A stretch of 64,000 nucleotides of DNA from the human T2T-CHM13v2.0 reference genome, Homo sapiens. Under the pieces are notes generated by a model. The model worked only from the letters and a program-made list of their open reading frames with translations. It made no database searches and had not been told where the DNA came from. The translations under genes and the position numbers were made by a program. The stretch is from NCBI RefSeq assembly GCF_009914755.1, contig NC_060945.1, one strand, 5' to 3'. Of the stretch, positions 45,770 through 62,132 are shown in pieces (within the stretch, counting starts at the first letter, position 1; each line of letters begins with the position of its first letter).

Positions 45770-46152
45770 GTTTTCATCTGTTTTCTGCTGCTATAACAGA
45801 ATGGATGATTTATAAAGAAAGGTTTATTTAGATCATGGTTCTGGAGGTTAGGAAGTCCAAATGGCACTGGCATCTGGTGAGTGGCATCCCATGGTGAAAG
45901 GGTGGAAGGTGGGATTGAGCCCATGAGACAGAGACAGAAATAGGGGCCGAACTTAGGTTTTTATCAGAAGCCCACTCTTGTGATAATTAACCTACTTCCA
46001 ATATACTGGCATTAATCCATTCACGAGGGCAGAGCCCTTATATTTTCTTTATAGTGTTAACTTCTTAAATAAAGGTTCCACCTTCCAATACCCTTACAAT
46101 GGCAATTAAATGTCAACATGAGTTTTTGTGGGGACATTCAAAACATAGCAAC
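45770..46152 (-). mobile_element. MST/MLT1A-type MaLR LTR
   Basis: gctgctataacaga...gttctggaggttaggaagtccaa...gggacattcaaaacatagca. Confidence 0.75.
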
Positions 46153-46328
46153 TGTCAATTAGTTTTCCAAAGTCAGTCTCTCTAGGTCTTTCTTTAGTTA
46201 TAGGAAGGGACAAGGTATGGGGCTGGGTGTGTTAACAATCCCTTTCCATTTAATAAAGGTTGCTAAGAGTTAAAAATCTAAGTTCTGCCTATACAAAAAA
46301 TAACATTCATTATCATAATAGTTTAATT

Positions 46329-46370
46329 TCGGATGAGATCGGGCACATGCAGAGTGGTATGGCTGTAGAC
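46329..46370 (-). pseudogene. 5S rRNA fragment (nt 1-42), tailless retropseudogene
   Basis: Minus strand GTCTACAGCCATACCACTCTGCATGTGCCCGATCTCATCCGA versus 5S GTCTACGGCCATACCACCCTGAACGCGCCCGATCTCGTCTGA: 35/42 identical. Flanking repeat ca(t/c)aatagttt. Confidence 0.88.
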
Positions 46371-47409
46371 ACACAATAGTTTCAGAAGTCAGACTGTCAG
46401 AACCATATAGTGAGAGCTACCATAAGCACCAAAAAGCCCATGTATAGATTTCTCTAGCAAAGACGCTTCCTTAACGGCGCCACTGCTCCAGGATGGGGTT
46501 GAGGTGTTGCTGGGGATTGGTAGCCACATTGCTTGTAAAGAGACTGTACTTGCTCCTTCCAGTCTCCCTATGATAAAGTTTTAAGAATATCATAATGAGA
46601 ATTTTTAGGCTACATATAGATTTTTCCACTGTAGGCAGATGAAATCACATATTCTGGTTAGACATTAGATAAAGCTTCTGAGATTTGGACATGCTTTCAT
46701 TAGACAAATGAATGTAATTTTTGATGATCTAATACTCTGCATGTTTCCGGAGGAAGCAGTTAAAGACAAATTTAAATTCTGACAAAGATTTATTCAGCTT
46801 GTTCTTTGGTGGGGAAAGGAAGCTGAATAGTAAAATGTCAACGATTCAAAACTCCTAATTTTCCTTGTTCCAAGTAAAGAATGAGTTTCTAGATAACAGA
46901 ATTTAAAAAAAGTTCCCGTAAGTTTTCCCTTCTTCAGTACTCTCACAAATATCCATGCATGCCAGTAAATAATGTAACCTTAATACATTAAAAGATGAAT
47001 CATGTAAAAGGGAAGTGAAAATGACAAATATGGGAAAAAATGTGACACAAAGAAGTGCATTATGTGTTTATTCGAGAAACCATGAAAACTTCTGTGAAAA
47101 AGCTAAGTGCATGAGATCACTACTCAACATTTTAAATCCCTCAGTGCTGAATTTTCATGGTTTGCAAGCAATCTGAAGGGCATTCAGGCTTCTAGGAAGA
47201 AGTTTTGCAACTTTGAATTTTTGCCTGTCTCTTGGCCTTAATACAGCAATTTAAAAATAAAGTATCAAGGGAACTCAGCCTGTCTCTAAATTGAGGAATA
47301 ATATTCTGCCTTTACAAGCCTGTGACATCACGTATCTTCTTACTTTACAAAAGCTCAAATTGCTTGAGCATTAAGATATTAAGAACCTAGTCATGCACAG
47401 AAAACACTA

Positions 47410-47938
<529 letters not shown>

Positions 47939-48794
47939 AGGAATATTTTCTTTATGGTGTTAACATATAATTTAAAGCATTATTTTTATGTCTTAATACT
48001 ATTTTCTAGTTTATGTATATAGAAAAAAACCTTTAATACCTTAGATGAGAACAAATTTTTAGTGCCATTCCTTAAAGATTATTTTCTTGGAAATAATGAC
48101 ATAAGTGGTCCATTAGATGATGTTATATGAGTCATAGAAATGCTTGATATAAAGTCCAAAATATCCTCACACATGTGGTCTGTGAGGCAGGCTTGTATAT
48201 AGAAAAAAGGTGGAGGAAATTATGAACACAGGGAAGGAGGTAAAATCATTGCTGGTGCCATATGTCTGGATCTTCTGTTTTCTTCTATTGTGATTTATGT
48301 TCTTTTTAAATGACTTTACTGAGCCCTTTGATTTATTTTGTGATAAAGATTAAATATTTTGTCCTTTTCTGATGTTTAAAATCTGAGATTAGTCTAAATA
48401 AGGTGACCCATTTTTTTGAGGCACACACTGCCCACCTGTCATCATACCACTGGCAAAGCCTTTAGATAATGAACTAGTACATGTGATAGCCTCCAAAATG
48501 CTCCCTTTGAGCTCTTTCTTTATTTTTAAATGTCTTGCTAATGGAGTTTCTTAAAACTGTTTTTTTCTTGGAGTATTTCCTTCAGGGTTGGTTTATATAC
48601 CACACAGGAAACCAGTTTCATTACTTGATAATTGTGCTTTGGTTATAGAACCAATTCTTTGAATGGGCTGGACATAGGAGGCCAAGTAGAAGTCAGCCTT
48701 GTTCTTTCAAACCCCCTCTCAGATTTCTCTTTCCTGTCTATGGATAAATTTGTCTTAAAGATCCCATTTTCAGGTATTAAAAAGTCCAGCCCAT

Positions 48795-50035
48795 GGGAAA
48801 ACAATATTCACATGTAAAATAATGAAGTTGGATCTTTACCTAACATCATATATAAAAATTAACTCAAGGTATATCAAAGATCCATTTGTAAAACCTAAAA
48901 TTATATAAATCTTAGAAAAAACACAGGGCAAAAGCTTCACAACATTGGATTTGAAAACAATCTTTTGGTGGCTGTTATACCAAAGGCAAAGGCCATAAAA
49001 GAAGAAATAAACAAATTGGGCTTCATGAAAAATTTTAAAATTGGACATCAAAGAAAATATCAGCTGGCTAAAAAGACAACCCACAGAATGGGAGAAAACA
49101 TTTGCAACTCACAGAAGGGGTTGATTAGTATCCAGAATATATAGAGAACTCCTAAAACTGAACAACAACAAATGACCTGATTCAAATGGGCAAAGAACTT
49201 GAATAGGCATTTCTTCAAAGAAGGTGTATAAATGATCAATAAGCATGTGAAAAGATGTTCAACATTAACAGTCACTGGAGAGATACAAATCAAAACTAAA
49301 AGGAGATCCCGCTTGACACTCATTGGGATGGCTACTATTTAAAACAACACAGAAAATCACAAGTGTTGGTGAGGATGTAGAGAAATTGGAACGCTTGTAC
49401 ACTATTGGTAGGAATGCAAAATGGTACACTGTTGTGGAAAATGGTATGGTGGTGGATCCTCGAAAAATTAAAAAATAGAATTACCATATGATCCAGTAAT
49501 TATGCTTCTGAGTATATACCCAAAGAAATGAAAGTGGTGCACCCATGATTATAGCAGCATTATATTCACAATAGCTAATATGTAGAAGCAACACAATTAT
49601 CTATTGATTGATGGCTAGACAGGCAAAATGTGGTAAATACATACAAGGAATATTACTCAGCCTTAAAAAGGAAAGAAATTCTGAAATATGCTACAACATG
49701 GATGAACTTGAGGATATTATGTTAAATGAAATAAACCAGTCATAAAAAGACAAATATTGTTTGATTCTACTTATATGAGGCACTTAGGGTAGGCAAATTG
49801 ATAGAGACAGTAGAATGGTGTTTCCCAAGGGCAAGGGGGAGAGGAAAGTGGAGAGTTAGTGGTTTATGTGTACAGAATTTTAGTTTTACTGAAGAGTTAT
49901 GGAGATCGATGGTGATAATGGTTGTACAACATTATAAATGTATTTAATACCACTGAACATATACTTAAAAATGACTAAGACAGTAAATTTTAGTTATATG
50001 TATTTTAACACAATTTAAAAAATTGGAAACAAAAA
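48795..50035 (+). mobile_element. Old L1 (L1MA/MB) ORF2 end and 3'UTR
   Basis: aaaattaactcaag...caagtgttggtgaggatgtagagaaattggaac...gtaaattttagttatatgtattttaacacaat. Confidence 0.85.
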
Positions 50036-50924
50036 GTCCAACCTAGGGTAACATCAAACTTTCAATCACTTGTCCAATTTAAACCTTCTCCCATCCCCCC
50101 ACAGCTCAGGTGCCTGGGTCCTGGAAGCCTACAGTGGGGAAGGGGTGTTGCGGTCAGCTTCTCTGGTCCTCCTGACCACCTTTTCTCTCATCCACGGTTC
50201 CTCACGCCTCTAGGGTAGAATGCAGGAGAGTGGGAAGACTAGAGGCATAGCACAGTCTTAGTTGGCTGGCACTGTTACAACTGGCTGTTTCCAGCCCTCT
50301 GGGAGGCAGATGCCCAAATGCACCCTCCACACTTTCTCTCATGAAGTAGTTTCTGAAAATGCCCAAAGGGTCCTCTCACTACCTTGTTCTCTGGCTTTGA
50401 GTATGAAAGACTTGGTTGTGAAGTAAGCCATGTGATCAGATGACTGCTTATGAGCCTTGCTTAGCAACCTCATCTGATCAGATCCCATAGCCTCTCCTTT
50501 AGGGGTTGCTTTGCCCTGCCAGGCAGATGCCTTCTATATGGCCCTTTCAAGTGTTCCCAAGACGGTTACCTTCCATAGTCTCCATTTAACCCATAGAGCA
50601 CTCAGCACCTGGCCTCAGACAGGGTATGAAGGTGTAGGCTGCTTCTCTTCACTTTGCTTAGAAGGGAGCTCTAGCTGGCCTCTCATTAGACTTTGTCAGA
50701 TGAGAATCAGACACCTGTCCTGTGTCCCTGTAAGTCCAGGAAACTCCAATTCCTCTCAGGGCCCGTGCTGTTGCTGGGGCCCAGAACCTGCCCCAATTTA
50801 GCTGGCTCCAGCTGGCTAGGGGTGGGGGACGATGGGAAGGGTGTGGTAGTGGTAAGCTGTCTTACTCCCTTCCTGCCAGACACCCCAGTCTCTATAAGCA
50901 GTTATTCTGAAGACTCTCATTTGG

Positions 50925-51246
50925 CATGCGCTATGGACTGAACGTGTGTCCCCCGCCCCGCCTAAATTCATATGCTGAAACTGTAATCCCTAAGATGATG
51001 GTATGAGGAGGTGGAGACTTCAGGAGGTAATTAGGTGGAGCCCTCATGATGGGACTGGTGCCCTTTTAAGAGACAGGAGAGCGCTTGCTTCCTCTCTCTC
51101 CACCATGTGAGGACATACCAAGAACTGATTCAGCCTGCACCTGGGTCTTCACTTCCAGCCTCCAAAACTGTGAGAAATAAATTTCTGTTGCCTAAGCCAC
51201 TCAGCCTATGACATTTTTGTTATGGCAGTCTGAACTAACTAAGGCA
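50925..51246 (+). mobile_element. MLT1A/B-type MaLR LTR
   Basis: gctatggactgaacgtgtgtcccc...aattcatatgctgaaa...ccagcctccaaaactgtgagaaataaatttctgttg. Confidence 0.8.
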
Positions 51247-51871
51247 ATATGAGAATGGGAGAGAAGCGCTCCAGCTACTCTCCCAGGGGGAGGTGGGACA
51301 AACATACAAAGAAATCCCTATTAATCTTTGTACTCCTCCTGAATGGAAACTGAAGGAAGGTGAAGTAGATGAGGTTCAAGTCACCTCCTAGCAAATCATA
51401 CACAGATATTCTAAAACTCTCTTTAAGTTTTGAAACTGGTGCACCATGATAATTCCACTGAACTAATTAATTGTCTCTGGTTGGAAAAATCTCAAAATTG
51501 TGAGGTACACGATTTAGAAAGAACAAGGACTATAAATACATTTAAAATATTTTTCCTAACCCTCCATACTAAGATGCAAAAAAATACCAATATTCATCTT
51601 CTCTGAAGCATGAATCACCTCAGAATAGCCCACGATGTACACTAATATGTGGAAGTACCTTCATGGGATTTAAATATATTTACCTTTCAATTATAGAATT
51701 AAGATGATTTTGGAAAATGGATAAAGAGACATTGAAATGTGGAAAAGTTGAACTCTTACACACTCATGCAAAATAGTTGATTTCCTCTTTTTGGCAATAT
51801 CCCACCTGCTTTGCCCCTGCAACCCTCTGCATTCCTTGCTGCTGCCACACATGGAGGCATAGATACATGCT

Positions 51872-52655
51872 CTCACACACACACACACACACACAAACAC
51901 ACAAACACATAGACACACACAGACACATACAGACACATACACAGACACAGACACACAGACACATACAGACACACACACAGACACATACACACAGACACAT
52001 ACACAGACACACATACAGACACAGACACACACACACAGACACACACACAGACACAAATACAGACAATACAAACACACATACAGACATATAACATATACAG
52101 ACACACACACAGACACACACACAGACACAAGTACAGACACTGCAGACACACAGACACACATGCAGACACAGACAGACACACACAGACACACAGACACAAA
52201 TACAGACACTACAAACACATACAGACATATATACAGACACACACAGACACACATAGACACACACACAGACACACAGACACAAGTACAGACACTGCAGACA
52301 CACAGACACACACGCAGATACATACAGACACAGGCACATACAGACACACACACATATACACAGGCACACACAGACACACACACACAGACACACACAGACA
52401 CACAGACAGACACATATGGAGACACACATACAGACACACATGCACACACAGACACACACACAGACATATACACAGACATACAGACACACAGACATATACA
52501 CAGACACAGGCACACACACATGCACACAGACATACAGACACAGACACATCAGGCACACACATAGACACATACACACAGATACACACATAGACACATACAG
52601 ACACACAGACACACATAGACACACACAGAGACACACATACAGACACTTAGACACA
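51872..52655. repeat. Long compound CA/CAGA/CATA microsatellite (~780 bp)
   Basis: Directly visible. It is the source of the 280- and 296-aa Val/Cys ORFs. Confidence 0.97.
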
Positions 52656-53467
52656 CCTGTGTATGGGAAAACAAGCCCTTAGTCTTTCCACTTCCTATTT
52701 GTCCCCTGACCCTTCTTCTATACCGTATACTCCATTTCAACCTTCCAATGCCGTTTACCATGTTCTGGATCTCCCATGCCTTGTAAATCCTGACAACATT
52801 TGTGTGTCTTTTGTCCTAGACCTTTGGGCTTCACTTTCTACTCACTGCCAAGAAAAAGTAATTCCCGATAGTGTTCTTGTTGGGGGTAAAAAGACATTCT
52901 TATGTGGTATCTCTCAGGCACCAAATGTACACCTTCTTTGCTCTCTTCAGTTCACACCACATAGACAAGCCTATAAAGAATTCCTTCTAGGAGGTTATTT
53001 GACATCTATTGAATTGGTTTTGGGGGCTCAGCCAAAAATAAGATAACGGAAAAATTTTATTTCATACCCTATTATATAGTAAATATTGTCCAGATTTAAT
53101 AAACGATGTTTCTATTCTTTGCAAGTAGAATTATTTATCAGTAAATCCTAAGTGGCTTTTTAAAAATGACTAGAGTTTCCTGGAGACTAAAGCTTTCACA
53201 CAAGTTTAATTTTAAAGCTTTTCATTATTTTCTTTGTCTTCATTAGTCTTTAAGCAGCAAGTTCTCATTATAAACTAAACCATGCAAAGCGTGTAATATA
53301 CAAGACACTCCTCCCGCTCCCTTGCAGCCGGAGGCATCCATGAACTTAGTAAAGATTGTTTCAGCAGAAATGCAAAAAGAGTCCATTTTTGGCCTTTGGC
53401 TGCAAAAAAGTCCCTTGAATCCTCCCAATTTTTTTTCAGCACTTTCATTGGTTAATTCCTACTCGTT

Positions 53468-53720
53468 AAAAAAAATTACTTGAGGTAAGACTGCTATACA
53501 AAAAGCCATACATAGTTAATGTGTACAACTTAATGAGTTTGGAGATTAGTATATACCCATGAAACCATCACCACAATCTATGGTACAAACCTATTCGTCA
53601 CCTCCGAAAGTTTCCATCTACCCTCTTCATTTATTATTATTATATTTTTGGTGATAAGAATCCTTAACATGAAAAATACTCTTAGTAGGTTTGTAAGTAT
53701 ACAATACAATATTGTTAGGT
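53468..53720 (-). mobile_element. L1M 3' end
   Basis: gtatatacccatgaaaccatcaccacaatc...gtatacaatacaatattgtta. Confidence 0.7.
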
Positions 53721-54066
53721 TATGCAACATAAAAAATACTACTCATTTTTTATCACTTGGCTCTGGTCTCATCTCTCCATAATGCCTTTGCCAGTTTCTA
53801 CTAAGTTCTCCTATTTTGACTTGATAGTATTAATGCATACCCTTATCTCAGTACTTCATATGCACCTTGAAATTATCCGTGTTACCTCTTTCTCAGTCCT
53901 TACAATGTTCTCGGAAGGAACCATGTCTTACTCTTCTTTGTTACCCCTCTTCCAAAGTGCCTATCACATAGTAGGTGCTCAATAAATGTTTATTGAATAG
54001 AGAGAAATAGGTAAGATTAGGATCCATTTCTGATCACATTTTACAAGCAACAAAACTAACGCTCTC

Positions 54067-54290
54067 CAGGAATGGGCAAACTATTTCAGTAAAGGGCCAG
54101 AGAGTAAATATGTTATGCTTTGTTGGCCATCTGGACTCTTTCACAACTACTTAACTCTGCTGTTGTAGCAGGACAGCAGCCATAGACAATCTGTAAATGA
54201 CTGGGTGCGGCTGTGTTCCAATGAAACTTTATTTACAAAACAGATGGCACACAGATTTGCTTCTAAGGCTCTAGTTTGCAGCTTCTCCTC
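54067..54290 (+). mobile_element. MER58A (hAT-Charlie)
   Basis: ggcaaactattt..gtaaagggccaga...gcagccatagacaat...ggctgtgttccaatgaaactttatttacaaaac. Confidence 0.85.
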
Positions 54291-55254
54291 TACTAAACTA
54301 AGAGTGGTTTACTGACTTAGTTTCACATCTAGAGTATATTTGTGTATGGCAAAACTCAAAGTCTTTTTACATAGTTGAATGATAGTATATTGTGGTGGAA
54401 TAGTAATCTGCTCAATAGTTTGCTAGTGGTCTAAAGATCTGATGTTCAATCAAAGATGTGTAATTTACTACTAAGAGGAAGCAAGTTAAGCCTCACTAAT
54501 TCTAATGTACTTGTGAGTGGAAAGATACAATGAATATCATGTTAAGAAAATAGTACACGTTTAAGAACAATCTGTTCCCCTATGGTCTCCTAGGTCATCA
54601 AGAGAATGGACTCTTTAATGGACAAGAATTATGTGCTCAGTAAAATGGTAATATTGGCTCTGCCTGTCAAAGGAAGCGTTCATTATTCACAGGTGTATAT
54701 TTATCAGCATCTTCCTGAGTTGATGCCTGTTTCCCAACCATTTCTTGGCATTAAAGACTTCCTCTGGTAGGTCTATCTCCTCACAGGGCTCCATGTGGTC
54801 CAGGCTGGATCTTTGCATATATGGCTTTTCCCACCAGGATGTGGGGGTGTTAGAGGATAGATTCCAAGATCTCCAAGGTCCCAAGCAGTCCTCAAATTTA
54901 TTAGCTATTATCTCTTTTCAAATGCATCTTTTCCATGCGAGCCCCTTTTGGCTTGAAACATTATCTAAGTTTAAATTAGCTGTTTCTTCTCTGACCTCAA
55001 GTTGCTGCAACACATATGGCAGGATTATCTTGGCTATTAATCTGATCTCTGTGTAATTCCCTCTCCTTCTGTTTCTTACCTTCAGTGAATCCAGGGGCAC
55101 CCGTAAACTCTAATCACACATTGATCTAAGCATTTCAGATACTTGCTTGTAAAGACTACCTGAACCTGGGGCTGAGACTGTGAGGAGAAGATGGAAGAGG
55201 GGTGATTGGGATATGAGAGAAAAGTGTGGAGGCAACAGATTTTTCGGAGTGAAG

Positions 55255-55329
55255 CCAGGAAGTAGAAGGAGGACCAGGAAGTAGAAGGAGGACCGGGAAA
55301 TGGAAGGAGTGCCAGGAAGTGGAAGGAGT
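55255..55329. repeat. 19-bp x4 minisatellite
   Basis: ccaggaagtagaaggagga twice, then ccgggaaatggaaggagtg and ccaggaagtggaaggagt. Confidence 0.92.
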
Positions 55330-55684
55330 CAATGCCACACTGTGCTTGAAATCAACTTGCCCTCAGTGACTCAATGCCCGTGGACAACACACCATCTAAA
55401 AGTGTTGGGTCCTTATTTGTCCCCTGAACAGAAGGTAGGCTTCTTGGTTGCCTTGTCAGGGCAGAAAGCGTGGAAGAAAAACATGGTATCCTGGCCTACA
55501 TGCAGCTGATCAGAACAGCTGGGAATTTCCCTGTGAGATGGAACAACTCTGGACCTACCACTGCTGTTACCCGCACTGCTTCGCCTTTAATGGTTGTTAT
55601 TTCTCATGGGTTAGTCTTGTTTTTAGTTACTATTTTATGAAGAAATTCCTTCCTCTCAAGGTAGATAGAATAAGATCAACCTCA

Positions 55685-56044
<360 letters not shown>

Positions 56045-58238
56045 TTATTATGATATTCCAAAATAAAGAATTGTTATATGTTAAAAGCTCCCTGAGGATC
56101 AAGTTTTGGACTCCTCTCATCTCACGTAATGACTCATATGACAGCATATCATCAGGATATGGTTTATGAGATTTTCCTGGAATTACATCATATTGATGAC
56201 ACATTTATGCGCCTTTGCGATTACAAAATTCCTCCTATGTTGAATGTTGTTATTCTCCCCTCATGATTCAGTTCAAATGCCTTCTTCTCTTTAACGCCTT
56301 TGTCAACATCCCACTTCCTCCAGTCTCCCCAGTGCTCTGCTCATAATTCTCCTATCCACATCACATTGTGTAATGATTGTTTATTTACATGTCTGATTAT
56401 CCTGCTAGTTTGTGAGCACTTGGAGAAGAGAAAATGCACAGCCTATATTTTATTCATGTCTGTATGCCCAACGTGTGCACCAACTGACAGCATAAGTGCT
56501 CCATGTGTATTCAATATTTCCTAAATGTAAAGTTGAGAGTAGTCCTTCAGCTTTGGGATTTTGTTGACGTTCTCAGTGAAACCCAGGTTTGGAACTCTAA
56601 CAAATATATTTGAATATTTCTCGGGCCTATAAATGCAGCTTGGAACTAAAGACATCTGGTCTACTATAAAAATCTTCTGAATGGTCTCTATTCCTCTATT
56701 CATGTTTCCTTTCAATCATTTTCCAATTCCTGCCAAAGAGAATATTCCAAAACAAATCTGTTTATTACTTTTTAATTAAAAGTCTTCAAAGTCTTCCCCT
56801 TGCTAAAGGATAAAATTTTTTTTAGGGTGGCATCCAAGACCTTACTTAATTTAATCCTCTCGATCTTCCATGACTTATCTCTTGATGCATCTTCTCCATT
56901 CTCCCCTCAGTCCCCCACCAATACACACAACTACCTCACAACCCTGCACTTTCCACCCCACCTACCTGCTTTATAGATGCTGAATTACAAGTAATTATCT
57001 AAATGGACCACACTGCAGGAACTTCTGTAGCCATTTTCCATCATTGTCCTGTTCTTTCATTGTTGTTTCTATTTCTTTTTTTATCTCCCTAATTATTTAA
57101 ACCATATTTTACAGACTTGTTACATTTACTGACTCTCATGGTGGTGGAGATGGATTTTTTCCTAGTGTGCCTGTGTGTGGGTGAGTTTTGTTTTATTTGC
57201 TTATTTTATTGTGAGATCATTTTCAGCAGGGGTTGATTTGCTTCCCACTCCCAGGTAGTAGAAGTACCAGTTTTGCCAGTTTCCTAGTGGTTTTATGGGT
57301 CCTAGACCAGCTCTATGTTAATGTCCCAGCTTGGGATTTTGATAGCATGGGGACAATATAAATTGGAGCCTTACATGCTTGTGTGCCTTAGGTTTGCAAT
57401 TTCTCGTTTTTTCCCTACTGAGTCGCGGGTAGATGGCAAACTTCCTTGCTACCTCTCTAGGCTTTTGGGTGGAGTATTTCTAGTTCCTTTTTAACAGATG
57501 GGCCTGGCTAAATGTAGAGGATTCAGCTCTAGCTCTCCATGTCAGATCTCACATGGGTCAGTGTCCTTACCCTCTTCCTGCCTGGACATTAAAAGTCAGC
57601 TGTATTGCTAAGCAGGCCTGACAACCCCGTGAGAGGCTGTTGCATCAGCTCTATTTACTAGCCTGTATTTAATTTCCCTCTTCCTTGCTTAAACCTATGG
57701 GTTTGTTTCTGTTTTCTTTTTTCAAGCTCAATCATTTTTCCTTACGCTGTTTTATCTAGCATGTGGGAGAATTGGTGTCAGTGTAGTCCAATAGGTTGTT
57801 GGAGGGCCTCTGTGTTACCTGCTGTGGTTATTCCCACGTTCTCCTTTACATGGAAGACTCTGTCATCAAACCAACCCAGACTGCAGGGCAACCTTGCTCT
57901 TCATACTCAGCCGAGCATCCCCTTCTCTATTGAACTTTTTTAAACCTTTCTCCAGATTAGAATTAGTCTCTCCCTCACTGGTACTTCCACCACACACTGT
58001 TTAGTTTTAAACCGTAAGACCCGTGACGCTGATGTGCTTACATTGTGTTCATGAGTCCTTTTTCCTTCTTGAAGATTATATTTTATTTATCTTTGTGTCC
58101 TTAGGGTCCTGCGCTTTGCAGGGTCCATAACAGGTGTTTAATACAAGCCAAATAATGGATGAATGAGTGAATACATAAAATGGGTGGATAATAAGAAATG
58201 ACAGAATAGTAGCAATAGTAGAATTTCATAGTTCCCCT

Positions 58239-58395
58239 AGGTCAGGCATGGTGGTGTGCACCTGTAGTCCTTGCTATCCAGTAGGCTGAGGCAGGAGGAT
58301 CACATGAACCCAGGAGTGCCAGGCTGGAATAAACTATGATTACGCCACTGCACTCCAGCCTGACAACAGAGTGAGACCCTAAAAAGAAGAGAGAA
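58239..58395 (+). mobile_element. Free Alu monomer (FRAM/FAM-like)
   Basis: Single diverged right-arm-like unit with an A-rich tail. Confidence 0.8.
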
Positions 58396-59146
58396 AAGTT
58401 CCTCTCTCTCTGTCTTTATGCTGTGTTTCTAGGCCACATCTATAAATAAATTAAGAAAGTCAAATTTAAACTATCTTATCCTGAAAAGAAGTGAAATGTA
58501 AGATGTTTATTGAAACTAGCAGCGATCACATCTAGTGCCCCCCATGTGCCAGGCACATTAAATTCACATATCTACTTTTTACAGCAACATTTTGATGTAG
58601 GTGCTATGAATATTCTTTTTACACGTGAGGGAAATGAGTCACCAAAAGGTTGAATAACTTGACCAAACTCAAAAATGATAGAGCTGGGATTTGAGCTCAG
58701 GTAGTCTGGCTCCAGAGTCTGTATTTTTAACCATAATATTAGATAACCTATCAGTACTAACGAAGAAGACAGAAGGAAGTTTCTGGGTCCATTTTTTTAA
58801 AGGAATTATTTGTGAGTTTAAAGTGAATCATTATTTTCTGATGAATATTCAGGTACTTCTTAGAACCCTGCCATGCGGGAAGATAAAAGTCTCACTCAGT
58901 AAAATACCTCTAAATTTAACTGATAGGTCTAAAAATCCTTCCACAATTGAACCTAGATCTCAGATGTTGTTATTTAAACACCTTTCTTTCTGTTTCCTTC
59001 CTTATTCACAGGAAAAAAAAAAAAAAAGAACAAATACAACCACCTCCTTTTGGTCTTCCTAGAAATATAAGTTGAAGCCTTATTAGAAATCATTTGGTAT
59101 ACATCCCTTTTCCTTAAAATCCGGAAAGCACCACGAATATTTTGAA

Positions 59147-59446
<300 letters not shown>

Positions 59447-60506
59447 TATTTTGGATATACTGATAGAAAATCACCCTGCTCATTCATTCTCCTTATCACC
59501 GACTGAGAAGTAAGAAGCAAGACATACTGGATGGAGCAAAGCAACAGGCTCCATCTGCCCAGTCATTTTGACTGTCATACTGCCTGCAGGTGGTAACCAC
59601 AATGCTTATACTTGTGGATGCAGAGGCCCAATAATTCCTGCATTGCAAATATGATCTCATCTCCTATCGAAGCTCCTTTAATGGAATTTTGTGGAGAAGT
59701 GATAACCTTCCCTGAATGTAAGAGTGGGCGAAAGAATCTCAAACCACAAGACACATTGACCATAAGCAAAATGGGAATGTGTTTTTGGAGCAGCAGAAAC
59801 TTTTTACTTAGGATTATTAAAGAATATGCTAAAGAAAGATAAGCAACTTGAGCGGTTACTAAATATACCAAGCATGCATGGGGCTGAGATATGTGGGGTT
59901 ATGTGCAGCTGAGCAAACAAAATGACTATTTTTGTAGGGACCCTGAGTGTGTGGCGCTTTGGGTTTGATGACGCACCTCACTATTTAAGGAATGCTGGAG
60001 AATTATCCTATCTGAAGTCCAGAACAGATTTTTCTCTTCGAGAGAAAATTAGTTTTTTAATGTTTGAATGGACATTGAGTAAAATGTATCATGAAAATAT
60101 CTAATAATTTACCATGCCACCAAGATGGCACAGCCTCAGAGCCATGCTGAGATCAGAAGAAAATTGAAATAATTGGTAGAGTACAAAGGGCTTCATTTTT
60201 CTTTTCCTTTTTGGCAATAAACTGGCTCCATTACAGTGTTAGTGAGTTTCAGAAAATGGATGGTTATTGACATGAGATTACTTGTGAAGCATAGTGTAGA
60301 TCATTCAGTTGAAAAGGATTGTGTTTTTTTCTTTTTAAGCCCAAAGTACTATATTTAGGTCAATATTTAAACACATGGTAGAACTTATTAAAAGTAGTAA
60401 AATTGAAATGTTTGTCACTTAATGAATGATTGGCAACCTTGCTTAAGATATCTTGGCCACGTGTAGGCTCATAAGCAAGATCCTTAAGGTATTTAAAAGG
60501 AAATTA

Positions 60507-61731
<1,225 letters not shown>

Positions 61732-62132
61732 AAAAGAAATTATACTGAAAGATAGTATTTAATAAAGAGTTCAGATGGTTTATGTTCATATGTGAATCAG
61801 TATCAGGCAATGGATTTATCATTTTGGAAATTAAGCTCCCTTGTAAAAAATATCTGAGTTGTTTATTGAGTTACAGGCACTTTCTTATAAAGCTCCAGTT
61901 GTTGCTTTTCTCAGAGAACTGGGAAGCCCCTTTCAATTTTGTTGTGTTCTGTGAACAGCTTTCCACCCCGAAGACTGGAAAATCTCTTTTCTAACCATGG
62001 GAGAAAAACTGAAGCAGAAACAGCAAGAAATACAGGTATTTTGACAAAAGGATTTTCTCATCCCAGTGCTTTCTTACTGCCTGAAATTCTAGTAGTTAAC
62101 AATTCTTCAAGAGTCAGATACTTGTCACAGTG

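Noticed and set aside
51691-52682. The longest ORFs in the track (280 and 296 aa, Val/Cys-rich; Thr/His-rich on +)
   Set aside because: They are translations of the CA/TG microsatellite, which lacks stop codons by composition. No gene context.
55255-55329. CRISPR-like regular repeats
   Set aside because: Head-to-tail units with no unique spacers and no cas genes, in human DNA. It is a minisatellite.
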